From: Candidatus Zixiibacteriota bacterium
GTDB lineage: Bacteria; Zixibacteria; MSB-5A5; GN15; FEB-12
Assembly: GCA_041742355.1 (NCBI GenBank)
Contig: JBGSIV010000232.1
Location: forward strand, 1-14,006
Length of the DNA stretch: 14,006 nucleotides
Direction of reading: 5' to 3'
Shown: piece after piece, positions 1 to 9,300 of the stretch
Numbering within the stretch: position 1 is the stretch's first letter
Layout of the letters: each line of letters starts with the position of its first letter
The notes under the pieces: generated by a model
Databases searched by the model: none
What the model was told of the DNA's origin: nothing
Seen by the model: the letters and a program-made list of their open reading frames with translations, nothing else
Program-made: the position numbers and the translations under genes

Positions 1-1
1 C

Positions 2-1372
2 CGCGCCGGTCAGGCTGTACGGCGAGGTCTGGTCGCACACGTGCAGCGTGTTGGCGAAGTCCTCGTCCTTGTAGACGTAAATCGTGAGCACCGGCCCGAA
101 AATCTCCTCGACCATCAGCCGGAAGTGCGGGTCGGTCGTCACCACGACGGTCGGCTCGATGAACCAGCCCTTGGAGTCATCGTAGTTGCCGCCGAAGATG
201 ATCTCGCATTTGTCCTTGTGCTGCTTGGCGTAGTCGATGTACTCGGTGATCGACTTGAACGCCGAGCCGTCGATGACCGCGCCCATGAAGTTGGTGAAGT
301 CCTCGACATCCCCCATCTTCACCGTCTTGAGCTCCGCGACCAGCTTCTGCTTGATCTCGGGCCACAGCGACTCGGGGAAGTAGCACCGGCTGGCCGCCGA
401 GCACTTCTGTCCCTGGAACTCGAACGCGCCGCGCAGGGTCGCGGTGACCACCGCGTCGACAGCGGCCGTCGGGTGCGCCACGATAAAGTCCTTGCCGCCG
501 GTCTCGCCGACCAGGCGCGGGTAGGTCCGGTAGTTCGGCAGGTTCTCGCCGACCGTCCTCCACATCATCTGGAACACCGGTGTCGAGCCGGTGAAGTGAA
601 TCCCGGCGAGGTTCTTGTTCTTGAGCACGAGTTCGCCGATATCCCGGCCGCGCGCGAAAATCAGGTTGATCACGCCGTCCGGCAACCCCGCTTCGCGAAG
701 GATCTTCATGATCCAGTACGAGGTATACACCGCCGTCGAGGCCGGCTTCCACACCGACACGCCGCCGACAATCGCCGGCGCCACCGGCAGGTTGCCGTTG
801 ATCGAGATGAAGTTGAACGGCGTCACGGCAAACACGAATCCCTCGAGCGGGCGATGATCGATCCGGTTCCACACGCCGGGCGCGTTGTCCGGCTGGAAGG
901 TGTCGTAGATCTGCTGGGCAAACCAGCAGTTGTACCGGTAGAAGTCGGCCAGCTCGGCGACCGCGTCGATCTCCGACTGGTGGACCGTCTTGGAGTGCGC
1001 CAGCATCGCCGCCGCGTTCATGATGTACCGGTACTTGGTCGAGATCAGCTCGGCCGCCCGCAGGAAAATGGCCGAGCGGTGCTCCCAGGGCATGTGCTGC
1101 CAGGTCTTCTGGGCCTCGACCGCCGCTTCGACCGCCATCTTGACCTCTTTCTCGCCCCCCTGGTAGTAGTGGCCGAGGACAAGATTGTGATTGTGGGGCG
1201 CGGTGATCTTGATCTTCTGGTCGGTCTTGATCTCCTGACCGCCGATCACGAGCGGAACCTCGACCGGATTCTCTTTCAGGAACCGGAGCGCGTTCTTGAG
1301 TTCGACGCGCTCGCACGATCCGGGCGCGTAGTTCAAGATCGGTTCGTTCTTGGGCTGCGGGATTCGGAACAT
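2..1372 (-). CDS. pruA: L-glutamate gamma-semialdehyde (1-pyrroline-5-carboxylate) dehydrogenase, stand-alone; 3' end lies outside the window
   Basis: Translated by hand (absent from the ORF track because it runs off the edge): MFRIPQPKNEPILNYAPGS..., HRPLEGFVFAVTPFNF, WKPAST, IHFTGST, YPRLVGETGGKDF (catalytic Glu), GAFEFQGQKCSAASR (catalytic Cys), EEIFGPVL. SD AAGGAGG at 1380-1386 (minus strand) precedes the ATG at 1372. Confidence 0.95.
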   Translation of the reverse strand, partial: MFRIPQPKNEPILNYAPGSCERVELKNALRFLKENPVEVPLVIGGQEIKTDQKIKITAPHNHNLVLGHYYQGGEKEVKMAVEAAVEAQKTWQHMPWEHRSAIFLRAAELISTKYRYIMNAAAMLAHSKTVHQSEIDAVAELADFYRYNCWFAQQIYDTFQPDNAPGVWNRIDHRPLEGFVFAVTPFNFISINGNLPVAPAIVGGVSVWKPASTAVYTSYWIMKILREAGLPDGVINLIFARGRDIGELVLKNKNLAGIHFTGSTPVFQMMWRTVGENLPNYRTYPRLVGETGGKDFIVAHPTAAVDAVVTATLRGAFEFQGQKCSAASRCYFPESLWPEIKQKLVAELKTVKMGDVEDFTNFMGAVIDGSAFKSITEYIDYAKQHKDKCEIIFGGNYDDSKGWFIEPTVVVTTDPHFRLMVEEIFGPVLTIYVYKDEDFANTLHVCDQTSPYSLTGA

Positions 1373-1774
1373 GGACGATCCTCCTTACAGGCGTCTATCT
1401 CTTCTCGTTATCATCTAACCTATACGGTCGGGGCGCCGAATTGCGCCATTATGGGTGAGCATGATACACAGAAACCGGTCCGGGGGCAAGAGGGCGCTGG
1501 TGCATTTTTTCACAAGCTCCGGTAGCTCCGGCCGTCGCGGCAGCGTGCGCTGACCCGACCGGATGAACAATCAGCCCCCCGCCGAACCTCCCACCGGCTG
1601 GCCCGGAAACAGGTCAGAGCAAAAGCCTACCTACCCACTCCCGTATAAGCTCTTAACTCCTCAACCAGGCTGAACTTCCCGATTGATTTACCGATCCTAT
1701 TGTTAGGGACCGGCAACCAGCTCTCCCCAACCACTACTTACGCCCGGTTCCCGACATGAGAGATAGAGGGTCGC

Positions 1775-3868
1775 ATGGCCGTTACTGAGATACTGCTTGA
1801 ATCCGGCCGTATAAAACCGGCCACCGCCAATGAGGCCCGCAGCCGCCAGGAAATGCTCGGCGGCAGCGTCGAGAACCACCTGCTCCGCCTCGGTGCGGTA
1901 ACGGAGCATGACCTCTGCGAAGCCCTTCGGCGCCACTACGGTACCGAGGCTGTCGAGCTTTCGGGCCGCCCCATCCCGGAATCTGTCCTCTCACTGGTGC
2001 CGGCGGAAACGGCCCGCGAACGCTGTGTTCTCCCGGTCACGTATGATCCCTCCACCGGCTGTCTCACGGCCGCGTGTCTCGATCCGACCGACCGCGACCT
2101 GCTCGACCACCTCCGGCTGCATACAGCGGCTGCCGAGGTCCGTCTCGTCGCGGCTGCCGAGCCGATTCTCCGCTGCCGGGTAGTCGATGCCTACCGGAGT
2201 GTGCTGGAACTTCCCGATCTCGCAGCGGCAGCGCTGTCGACACCGGCCTACCGCGGCACCATTCTGGTGCTGGGGAGAATCGACGCTTCCGGCGAGGCTC
2301 TGGCGCAGGCGATAGCCGACGAAAACCGACGCGTGGTCATGGCCGACACAATCGAGGATGCCCTCGCCGAGATAGAGATTGAGCCCCCGGTTGGCGTGAT
2401 CATTCGGGATCGCCGCCGCGAAAGTTACAACGTGCTGGTGGATCGCCTGCGCAAGGTCGCGCCGTCCTGCTCGGTTCGCTACGCCGAAGCGGTGGCCGAT
2501 CTCATCGCGTCCGACCCGCTCGAAAGCGCCGCGGTCGATCTCATTGCCGCCGACCTCAGATTGTGCTTGTCGCTGTTGTGCTCCGATGAAGAGCTGAGCG
2601 GCGGCGGTATTGACCGTTTCTGCCGTACCGTGGACCGCGTCTGCCGCCGTATCGATCTGCCTGCCCACGAGCGTCTGCTTGTGGTCAACGCTGCCTACCT
2701 CAACGAGCTGGCCCGCCTGTACCTCGGCGCCGAAGAAACGCCCGACTGGGAGCAGGCCGGAATAGAACCCGGCCGCCCCGGCACCGCGCCGGTCGTCTGG
2801 CCCCCCGCCCTGACCGCCATACTCAAGCGCCGTGACTGCGACATAGAGGACACCTATCCCGACCGTCTTCCCCTGCCCGTCCTCGGCGCGAATATCCTGC
2901 GCATAGCCCAGTACTATTGCCGCCACCAGGATCCGGACGAGCCGCTGACGTTCGACCGCTATGAAGCGATAAAAGCGGACCTCCGCCGCCAGGCGGGCAC
3001 TGCCTTTCTTCCGGAGGTGGTCGAGGCGTTTCAGGCATCGCTCCTCGAAGATATCGAACTCGATCGGGCTGCCGAGACCGATCGCGCGCAGGTGCTCATC
3101 CTCGACGAGCGGGCTGACAACGATCTGCAACTCGGTCCGCTCCTGGAGGCGAACCGTTTTGAGATGCTCCTCGCCACTACGCCGGAGCGTCTGGTCCAGC
3201 TCTACGAACGGCACTGGCCCGAGTTTATCGTTGTCGTTTCGACGGGGCCGGCCGAGCGCGCCGGCCGCACGATCCGCGACCTGATGCACCGCGGCATCGA
3301 TGTCTCCGAGGTGCCGACCTTCCTGCTGTCCGAGCCATCGGCCGCTGGAGAACTCACCCCCCTTTTGAAAGAAGGCGTGGAGGACATCATCGCGCTCGGC
3401 GGCGACGTCGACCAGCTCGTGGTGAAACTGATCCGCCTGCGCTCCCGGATGGAAGCTGAGAATCACCGCCGCCTGCGCGTCCTGCAGGACATGGGCACCC
3501 ACGGCAGCCTGGCCGACATGAACGTCATCGATCTGCTCCAGGCGATGGGGCACGCCCAGAAGACTGTGCGTATTTCCATTACCGCCCGCGGCTCGCAACT
3601 CACCATGCACTTGCACGAGGGGCAACTGGTATCGGCCGAGTGCGACGACTTGAGCGGGCCGGAGGCTGTCTACGAAGGACTGGCCTGGACCCAGGGTATC
3701 TGGAGTGTCGACCCGATCTCGTCCGGGGAATTGCCGGCTCCGAACAATGACCTGTCGATCGACAGCATCCTCATTGAGGGCTGCCACCGGCTGGATGAGA
3801 CTCGCCGGGGCCACCAGCCGGAGTCGGGTCGACCGGATGAGTTGTTTTCGGACGATCTCTCGTTTTAA
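1775..3868 (+). CDS. Multidomain signalling protein: N-terminal MshEN/T2SSE_N (GSPII_N)-like domain, receiver-like domain, degenerate HD-GYP-like domain, pseudo-receiver, C-terminal DUF4388 (PatA_N-like)
   Basis: 697-aa ORF with GAGGG before the ATG. N-terminus EILLESGRI...ARSRQ...HLLRLGAVTEHDLCEAL...LSLVPAETARERCVLPV...ACLDP matches the GSPII_N pattern. C-terminus GSLADMNVIDLLQAM...KTVRISI...HEGQLVSAE...GPEAVYEGLAWTQG matches DUF4388. Confidence 0.8.
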   Translation: MAVTEILLESGRIKPATANEARSRQEMLGGSVENHLLRLGAVTEHDLCEALRRHYGTEAVELSGRPIPESVLSLVPAETARERCVLPVTYDPSTGCLTAACLDPTDRDLLDHLRLHTAAAEVRLVAAAEPILRCRVVDAYRSVLELPDLAAAALSTPAYRGTILVLGRIDASGEALAQAIADENRRVVMADTIEDALAEIEIEPPVGVIIRDRRRESYNVLVDRLRKVAPSCSVRYAEAVADLIASDPLESAAVDLIAADLRLCLSLLCSDEELSGGGIDRFCRTVDRVCRRIDLPAHERLLVVNAAYLNELARLYLGAEETPDWEQAGIEPGRPGTAPVVWPPALTAILKRRDCDIEDTYPDRLPLPVLGANILRIAQYYCRHQDPDEPLTFDRYEAIKADLRRQAGTAFLPEVVEAFQASLLEDIELDRAAETDRAQVLILDERADNDLQLGPLLEANRFEMLLATTPERLVQLYERHWPEFIVVVSTGPAERAGRTIRDLMHRGIDVSEVPTFLLSEPSAAGELTPLLKEGVEDIIALGGDVDQLVVKLIRLRSRMEAENHRRLRVLQDMGTHGSLADMNVIDLLQAMGHAQKTVRISITARGSQLTMHLHEGQLVSAECDDLSGPEAVYEGLAWTQGIWSVDPISSGELPAPNNDLSIDSILIEGCHRLDETRRGHQPESGRPDELFSDDLSF

Positions 3869-3878
3869 GCTTCGAGCC

Positions 3879-3906
3879 TAAACTCATCCCTGACAGCCGC
3901 CGACAA
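3879..3906 (+). promoter_or_regulatory. Putative sigma-28 (FliA/SigD)-type promoter for the hybrid kinase
   Basis: TAAA (3879-3882), 16-nt spacer, GCCGACAA (3899-3906); consensus is TAAA-N15/16-GCCGATAA. Confidence 0.4.
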
Positions 3907-3995
3907 TAATTGAAAGGGGCGCCCCGTTCCCTGATCAGTCAGGATCGGGACCGCGAGACGCCCGCCCTTCTCAGCGAGGATCTGGAACTGTCCCA

Positions 3996-6170
3996 ATGAA
4001 ACCGCCTGCCGACAGCCAAAGCCAGTCCACTGCGCGCCCCGACGCCCGGTTCACCCTGCTGGATCTCGTGTCAATGGAGGAATTGCAGCGGGTGCAGGAT
4101 GCTTTTGCCCAGGCCACCGGCGTCGCTTCGATTATTGTGGACACCGAGGGCAACAGCCTCACGCTCCCCAGCAACTTCTCGCCCGTCTGCAAACTGGCAC
4201 TGAGCACACCGGAGGGTCAGCGCCGCTGCAACTTCTCCGATAGCAAACGTCGCGAAGGCTGCGGCACCTTGCAGCGACCGCACTACCACCAGTGTACCAG
4301 CTGCGGCTTCGCCGACGCCGGCGCTCCCATCGTGATCGAGGGCCGGCACATCGCCGACTGGCTCATAGGGCAGAGCGACGTTTACAACGTCGGCGCCGAC
4401 CGCCTGCGCGTATTTGCCCGCGAGATAGGCGCGGACGAAAGCGCGATGGTTGTGGCGTACGACCAGATGGTTCCGATGCCACGGGAGCGATTCGAACGAC
4501 TGCTGGATCTCCTCTGGCATGTCGCCCACGGGCTCTCCGAACTCGGCTACCGCAATCTCCGGTACCGCCGCGATCTCGCCGAACGGCAGCGTATCGAAGC
4601 ACAACTCCTCAGTCGGGAGCGGGAGAACCGCGCGCTGCTCGATGCCATGCCCGACCTCATGTTCCGCATCAGCCGGCAGGGGATCTTCGAGGGTTGCCAC
4701 GGCAACACCGAGGACATGTACATCCAGCCCGACGAGTTCATCGGCAAATCCCTGGCCGAGGTGCTGCCGCCCGATCTTGCCCGCCGGACCATGACCCACC
4801 TCGACCAGGCGTTCTCCTCGGGTACAATTCAGGTGTACGAGTACGGCCTGGCGTTTCCGCAGGGGGAGCGCCACTTTGAGTCGCGGATGATCGCCGGCAT
4901 GCCTGACTGCGCGTTGGCTGTCGTCCGCGACATCACCGAGCGCAAACGTTCCGAAGCACAGGAGGCCCGGCTGCGCGAACGGCTTGAGAAGGCCGAACGC
5001 ATGGAGTCACTCGGCATCCTTGCCGGCGGCGTCGCCCACGACCTGAACAACCTTCTTGGGCCGCTCGTCGGATATCCCGAACTCATTCTCGCCAAGCTTC
5101 CGGCCGACAGCCCGGTCCGCAAATACATCGAATCCATGCGCAAGGCTGCAGTTGACGCGACCGAGGTCATCCAGGATCTGCTGACTCTGGCGCGGCGCGG
5201 CCGCTACGAGATGTCGCCGGTCGACCTCAACGAGGTGGTGCAGTCCTGCCTCCAGTCGAGCGCCCTGCGAAACCTCGCCTCGCGCAAGCCCCAGGTGGCC
5301 CTGCACCTGAATCTCTGCGACTCGGTTGCCGCCATCAGCGGATCTTTCCCGCACCTGCAGAAACTCGTGTCCAACCTGGTTGCAAACGCGTTCGAGGCGA
5401 TGGGCACAGACGGCGAAATTACCATTACCACCGAGCACCGAACGCTGGACTCACTGCGCAGCGGTTACCGGAAAATGGAGCCCGGTGAGTACGTGATCCT
5501 CAGCGTGCGCGACACCGGCCGCGGGATTATGCCCGACGACCTTGAGAAGATCTTCGAACCGTACTACTCGAAGAAGAAGATCGGCGCCGGCGGAACCGGC
5601 CTCGGCCTCCCGGTCGTTTATGGCGTGATCAAGGATCATGGCGGCTTCTATGACGTCTTTTCTGAAGTCGGCTGCGGCTCGGAATTTGTCGTCTACTTCA
5701 AGGCGATTCAGGCGCCGGCCGCCTCTCGCCTGTCGACCGACAGCACAGCCGGCCGCGGGGAAAGGCTCCTGGTCGTCGACGATGACCTGGCGCAACGCGA
5801 ACTCGCCGCCGAACTGCTGTGCAACTTTGGTTACGAGGTAACCACGGCGGCGAACGGGCACCACGCCGTCCGCCTCCTGACCGACACGACCGTTGACCTG
5901 CTCGTGCTCGATATGATCATGGAGGAGGGTTTCGACGGCCTGGATACCTACCGGGAGGTGCTCAAGCGGCACCCCGGGCAGCGGGCCGTCATTGTGAGCG
6001 GGTTTTCGTCAACGGAGCGGGTTCAGGAGATGCTGCGTCTGGGCGCGGCGGCTTACATCAAGAAGCCCTATACACAGCAGGCGCTGGGCCAGGCTGTCCG
6101 CGGCGCGCTCGATTCGGCCCCCGGAGCGGCTGTTGCCGCCGGTGCCGGGCGACAACTTTCTCCCGCCTGA
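3996..6170 (+). CDS. Cytoplasmic hybrid sensor histidine kinase/response regulator (PocR sensor, PAS, HisKA, HATPase, REC)
   Basis: PocR-type N-terminus (LQRVQDAFAQATGVASIIVDTEG...VCKL...RRC...CGFADAGAPIVIEGRHIADWLIGQ); PAS ending VVRDITERK; H-box LAGGVAHDLNNLL; N-box NLVANAFEAM; G/F boxes DTGRGI, IFEPYYS, GTGLGL; receiver LLVVDDD...LLVLDMIM...KP. No transmembrane helix evident. Confidence 0.93.
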   Translation: MKPPADSQSQSTARPDARFTLLDLVSMEELQRVQDAFAQATGVASIIVDTEGNSLTLPSNFSPVCKLALSTPEGQRRCNFSDSKRREGCGTLQRPHYHQCTSCGFADAGAPIVIEGRHIADWLIGQSDVYNVGADRLRVFAREIGADESAMVVAYDQMVPMPRERFERLLDLLWHVAHGLSELGYRNLRYRRDLAERQRIEAQLLSRERENRALLDAMPDLMFRISRQGIFEGCHGNTEDMYIQPDEFIGKSLAEVLPPDLARRTMTHLDQAFSSGTIQVYEYGLAFPQGERHFESRMIAGMPDCALAVVRDITERKRSEAQEARLRERLEKAERMESLGILAGGVAHDLNNLLGPLVGYPELILAKLPADSPVRKYIESMRKAAVDATEVIQDLLTLARRGRYEMSPVDLNEVVQSCLQSSALRNLASRKPQVALHLNLCDSVAAISGSFPHLQKLVSNLVANAFEAMGTDGEITITTEHRTLDSLRSGYRKMEPGEYVILSVRDTGRGIMPDDLEKIFEPYYSKKKIGAGGTGLGLPVVYGVIKDHGGFYDVFSEVGCGSEFVVYFKAIQAPAASRLSTDSTAGRGERLLVVDDDLAQRELAAELLCNFGYEVTTAANGHHAVRLLTDTTVDLLVLDMIMEEGFDGLDTYREVLKRHPGQRAVIVSGFSSTERVQEMLRLGAAAYIKKPYTQQALGQAVRGALDSAPGAAVAAGAGRQLSPA

Positions 6171-6298
6171 CCCTTGTGGTCGGGCCGCTTTTCACCATTC
6201 CTCTGCCCCACATGATTGACACAATCCTACACAGGCCGCGTCGCGGGCAGGCGGGGGGCGTGTTGGTCTTTGGGAGGAATCGCCGATCCGGCAAGAAA

Positions 6299-6313
6299 GT
6301 GACCCCAACGGGA
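6299..6313 (-). other. Possible att-site remnant resembling a tRNA 3' end (tRNA-Glu-like)
   Basis: Minus strand reads TCCCGTTGGGGTCAC, which resembles the 3' T-stem strand, acceptor strand and discriminator of a tRNA (...GTTCGAA-TCCCGTTGGGGTCA-CCA). Only 15 nt, and no complete tRNA is present. Confidence 0.3.
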
Positions 6314-6476
6314 CGTTTGTAGAGCTTTCGCGGCATTGATTCGGCACTACTGGGCGGCTTGAGCCATACCCTCAGCGCGGTTCTCGTGCGCGGCTGTGAT
6401 TGGCACTTCGAGTATGGAGTCAAGCAGAGAGGCTGAAGAGCCGTTCAACACGTTGTCGACAACCGGGTGCCAGCTA

Positions 6477-9278
6477 CTAGCGCCACGAACTTGTTGCGAT
6501 AATCGTATACGGCGACCAGAAGTACGGGTGCCGGTACAGGGGACGATCCGATGCCAGCATCCACCGTTGAGCCGATGCGAGCGCGCTTACGGGCATCTGG
6601 TCCCTGGTCAGGATCCGATAAAACTCTCCCACCAAATCAGCAGATGCCCGGTCATCGACACGCCACTGCGTCGCCACGACACTCTTCGCTCCGGCTATCA
6701 GAAAAGCCCGCGCAAGACTGACCGTTCCTTCGTCGGCCAGGAGACGTCCAGAGCCGCTCTCGCAGGCGGAGAGAAACACCAGAGGAGAGCGCACCGGTAG
6801 TCGTGCAATCTCACCTTCATGGAGCATACCGGCGTCTCGTCCCATTGAATCGGCTGAGAACAGAAGCCCCGATCGGTCCGGGGCACTCGGATCCACAACC
6901 CCGTGCAACGCAAGATGGATCGGCCCGGACCAATCCTCGACAGCAGTTCTTAGTCGCTCTTCTGTGGCGGCATTTCCTACAGCAGTAAGAGTTGCTCCGG
7001 GAAAGGCTGCGGCAACTCGCCCGACTTCCAGGGCGGAGTAAGGCAATTCGCTGTAACGTGTGCTATCCTGGGGTTGCGGGTCGCCGAAGACGAGTATCCT
7101 TTCGAATCGCACATCGTCAGGACTCTCGAACGAAGTTGGAATGAAGGAGATCGACGGGACATAAGAAATATCGAGCTTCTCGATCAGGTAGCGGCCGTCC
7201 GGAGCAACCAACGCACTAAATGGCAATCGAGCTGCCAGGCCGGATGCGACGATAATGAGACGGTGCCGATTGACCAGCATTTGGGGAGAGCCGAACAACC
7301 CGCCAAAGAGGACTCCGGCCAGCGTTGGCCGATCGTCTCCACTTAGTGATCCGGCAGTAGGGTAGGTCCGCGCCCAAACGACAAAGCTGTCGGCCATCCG
7401 ATGGAGCTGTTCAACATCGAGAGTGAGCAGTCTCACAATCACCGTGTCGGGTGAAAACGCATAGGCGAAATTGCCATACGATCGGGCGAACACCCAGCCA
7501 ACCACCATGTCGCCCTGGGCCAGTGAGGATTGCAGCCGAGCCGTCGTCATCCCCTGTTCCGCGCTTCGATCAGCCGCTTCCGGCTCCTCCGGCGGATGGC
7601 ACGCCGGCCGGGCAAGGTCGAGGGAATCCTCAAGTCTGCGCAGTGAGTGTGCCAGGCGTGTCGAATCCGGACTGCCAAACAACAATCGGACTCTGAGGTT
7701 CGATACCTCCTCCAGCAAACGCTCTTCATCAGGGCAACTTCTCAGCGGCTGCTCCGCGAGCGCCTCGACCAATGACCGGGCCTGTATGCGGCTCAAGTAT
7801 GCCAGAGCCGAGTCCAAAGCAGCTTCTCTGTCTCCCTTTGAGTACTCTGACAGGTAAGTTGCCGCGAGAAGATGGTAGAAGCCGGCTTTGTCGGAAAGTA
7901 GGCCAGTCCGCAGTTCCGGCGTCGGCAGGCTGTTGCGCAGTTGCTCTGCGATGTAAACACATTCCCGCAGATACTGACGACCCTCGTCGATTCGGCCTTG
8001 AGCACAGGCACACGCACCGACGCCGAACAGCGCTGCCAGTCGCGTCTCGAGGGTCGGTGATCCCAGCAGTACACTCCGGAACATCGAATCCGCCTCGACA
8101 ACCCTGCCGGTCTCGAACAGAAGGGCCGCCCAGCGGCCACTGTTCAGCCATTCACCCGACTTATCGCCGGCCCTGCGAAACAGGCTCTCCGCCGACTTGT
8201 AAAGATCCTGGGCGCAACCGTTTTGGCCCGCGGAATGAAGAATGAGCGCCCGCGTACTGAGAGTGTGAGCCCAGTCAACCAGGGATGAAGAAGACTGGCG
8301 CTCCAGCGCGTACCCTATCCGGATACGAATCGCCTCATCGTTGCACGCAAGGGCAGAATCCAAGCAGTCGAGGTCATAGTAGCACTCGGCCATCAAGTGA
8401 TGACAGTACCCTTCCAGCCGACTCTGTCCATGCTGCCGCGACAACGCCAGCGCTTCGGCGAGGACTTCGAGTGCCTGGCTCGGGCGGTTCACTCCTCGAA
8501 GGTAAGCAGCTTGGGAGGCGACCGGCAGAGTCAGGCGGCTCTCCTGCTCTGTCCGGGCATAGGCCCGTCGGGCATCGGCAAGGGTTCCTTCAGCCTCAAG
8601 GAGATTTCCTTCGTGGGCGCCGGCTATCTGGTAGAGCAAGAGGTGGCAGTCTCCCAGTAGATCCGGAATGTCCCGCTGCCGAGCCAGCGCGACTGCCTGA
8701 TCGACCGCTTGGCGCGCAAGCTTGATCGAGTCAACGGCCAGGTAGGCAACAGCCCGATAACGGGCTGCAGCGGCAAGACCAATGTCATCACCCAATGTCC
8801 GGTACAAGCTGTCCGTCTCATTGAGAGCCGCCAGAAATTTGCGGGAGGCACCGGCCGGATTGGTCTCCTTCAATTCATCGAAAAGGCTGTTCCCCTCAGC
8901 CAAGAGTGAGTCTGCGCAGACCTTGGTACGGGCTTCCGACACGGTCAATCGGCATAATAAGTCCAGCCGCCACCGGATATCAGAAATGCCTGTCGACGCT
9001 GAATACTGACCGGCTGCCCAGCTCAAGTCTGCCACATCCGGAGAGGACAGAATGTCCTCACCCGCGGCTCGTCGCTTCAGAGATTGAGTAAGGAGCTCGA
9101 TCAGCTGCTTGCGAATATCGTGGGGCTTCTTTTCGACTGCCGCGGCAAACGCAGGAGTGTCTCGCTCCGACAGAATGAAAGATAGTTCCGCCGACCTGCG
9201 AGTCGGAGCCTGAACTGTAGTGGGTCGCTCGCATGAAGCGACGAGAAGGACCGCTACAACAGCGACTGCCGGGATCAT
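6477..9278 (-). CDS. TPR-CHAT domain protein (caspase-like clan CD cysteine protease), probable lipoprotein
   Basis: CHAT motifs LIIVASGLAARLPFSAL, ISYVPS, ILVFGDP, LPYSALEV, IHLALHG (His codon 6903-6905), LVFLSACESG (Cys codon 6762-6764), EGTVSLARAFLIAGAKSVVATQWRVDD, HPYFWSPY. Ala/Leu-rich helical TPR-like region upstream. The frame is open to 9368; I chose ATG 9278 because it follows the upstream gene's stop and gives MIPAVAVVAVLLVAS-C (lipobox). ATG 9323 is an alternative start. Confidence 0.9.
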   Translation of the reverse strand: MIPAVAVVAVLLVASCERPTTVQAPTRRSAELSFILSERDTPAFAAAVEKKPHDIRKQLIELLTQSLKRRAAGEDILSSPDVADLSWAAGQYSASTGISDIRWRLDLLCRLTVSEARTKVCADSLLAEGNSLFDELKETNPAGASRKFLAALNETDSLYRTLGDDIGLAAAARYRAVAYLAVDSIKLARQAVDQAVALARQRDIPDLLGDCHLLLYQIAGAHEGNLLEAEGTLADARRAYARTEQESRLTLPVASQAAYLRGVNRPSQALEVLAEALALSRQHGQSRLEGYCHHLMAECYYDLDCLDSALACNDEAIRIRIGYALERQSSSSLVDWAHTLSTRALILHSAGQNGCAQDLYKSAESLFRRAGDKSGEWLNSGRWAALLFETGRVVEADSMFRSVLLGSPTLETRLAALFGVGACACAQGRIDEGRQYLRECVYIAEQLRNSLPTPELRTGLLSDKAGFYHLLAATYLSEYSKGDREAALDSALAYLSRIQARSLVEALAEQPLRSCPDEERLLEEVSNLRVRLLFGSPDSTRLAHSLRRLEDSLDLARPACHPPEEPEAADRSAEQGMTTARLQSSLAQGDMVVGWVFARSYGNFAYAFSPDTVIVRLLTLDVEQLHRMADSFVVWARTYPTAGSLSGDDRPTLAGVLFGGLFGSPQMLVNRHRLIIVASGLAARLPFSALVAPDGRYLIEKLDISYVPSISFIPTSFESPDDVRFERILVFGDPQPQDSTRYSELPYSALEVGRVAAAFPGATLTAVGNAATEERLRTAVEDWSGPIHLALHGVVDPSAPDRSGLLFSADSMGRDAGMLHEGEIARLPVRSPLVFLSACESGSGRLLADEGTVSLARAFLIAGAKSVVATQWRVDDRASADLVGEFYRILTRDQMPVSALASAQRWMLASDRPLYRHPYFWSPYTIIATSSWR

Positions 9279-9300
9279 GATCCCGGGCAGTCCTGGCCAC

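Noticed and set aside
41..1525. 494-aa plus-strand ORF (and the 177-1316 minus ORF)
   Set aside because: Antisense or out-of-frame shadows of pruA caused by high GC3; no recognisable motifs.
1991..3814. 607-aa minus-strand ORF
   Set aside because: Antisense shadow of the 1775-3868 gene, which has recognisable domains.
3867..3975. Possible c-di-GMP-I riboswitch (AAGC...CCTAA...TGACAGCCG) and small hairpins in the kinase leader
   Set aside because: The GGCAAA...GAAA...GACGCAAA half is missing; the sequence is better explained by a sigma-28-like promoter. An Infernal search would settle it.
6290..6380. Complete tRNA gene
   Set aside because: Only a 15-nt 3'-end-like match; no T-loop, anticodon arm or D-arm.
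6452..6463. 12-bp palindrome GTTGTCGACAAC downstream of the CHAT stop (also GATTG-N3-CAATC at 6214-6226)
   Set aside because: Short single occurrences with no loop/U-tract or obvious target; compatible with chance.
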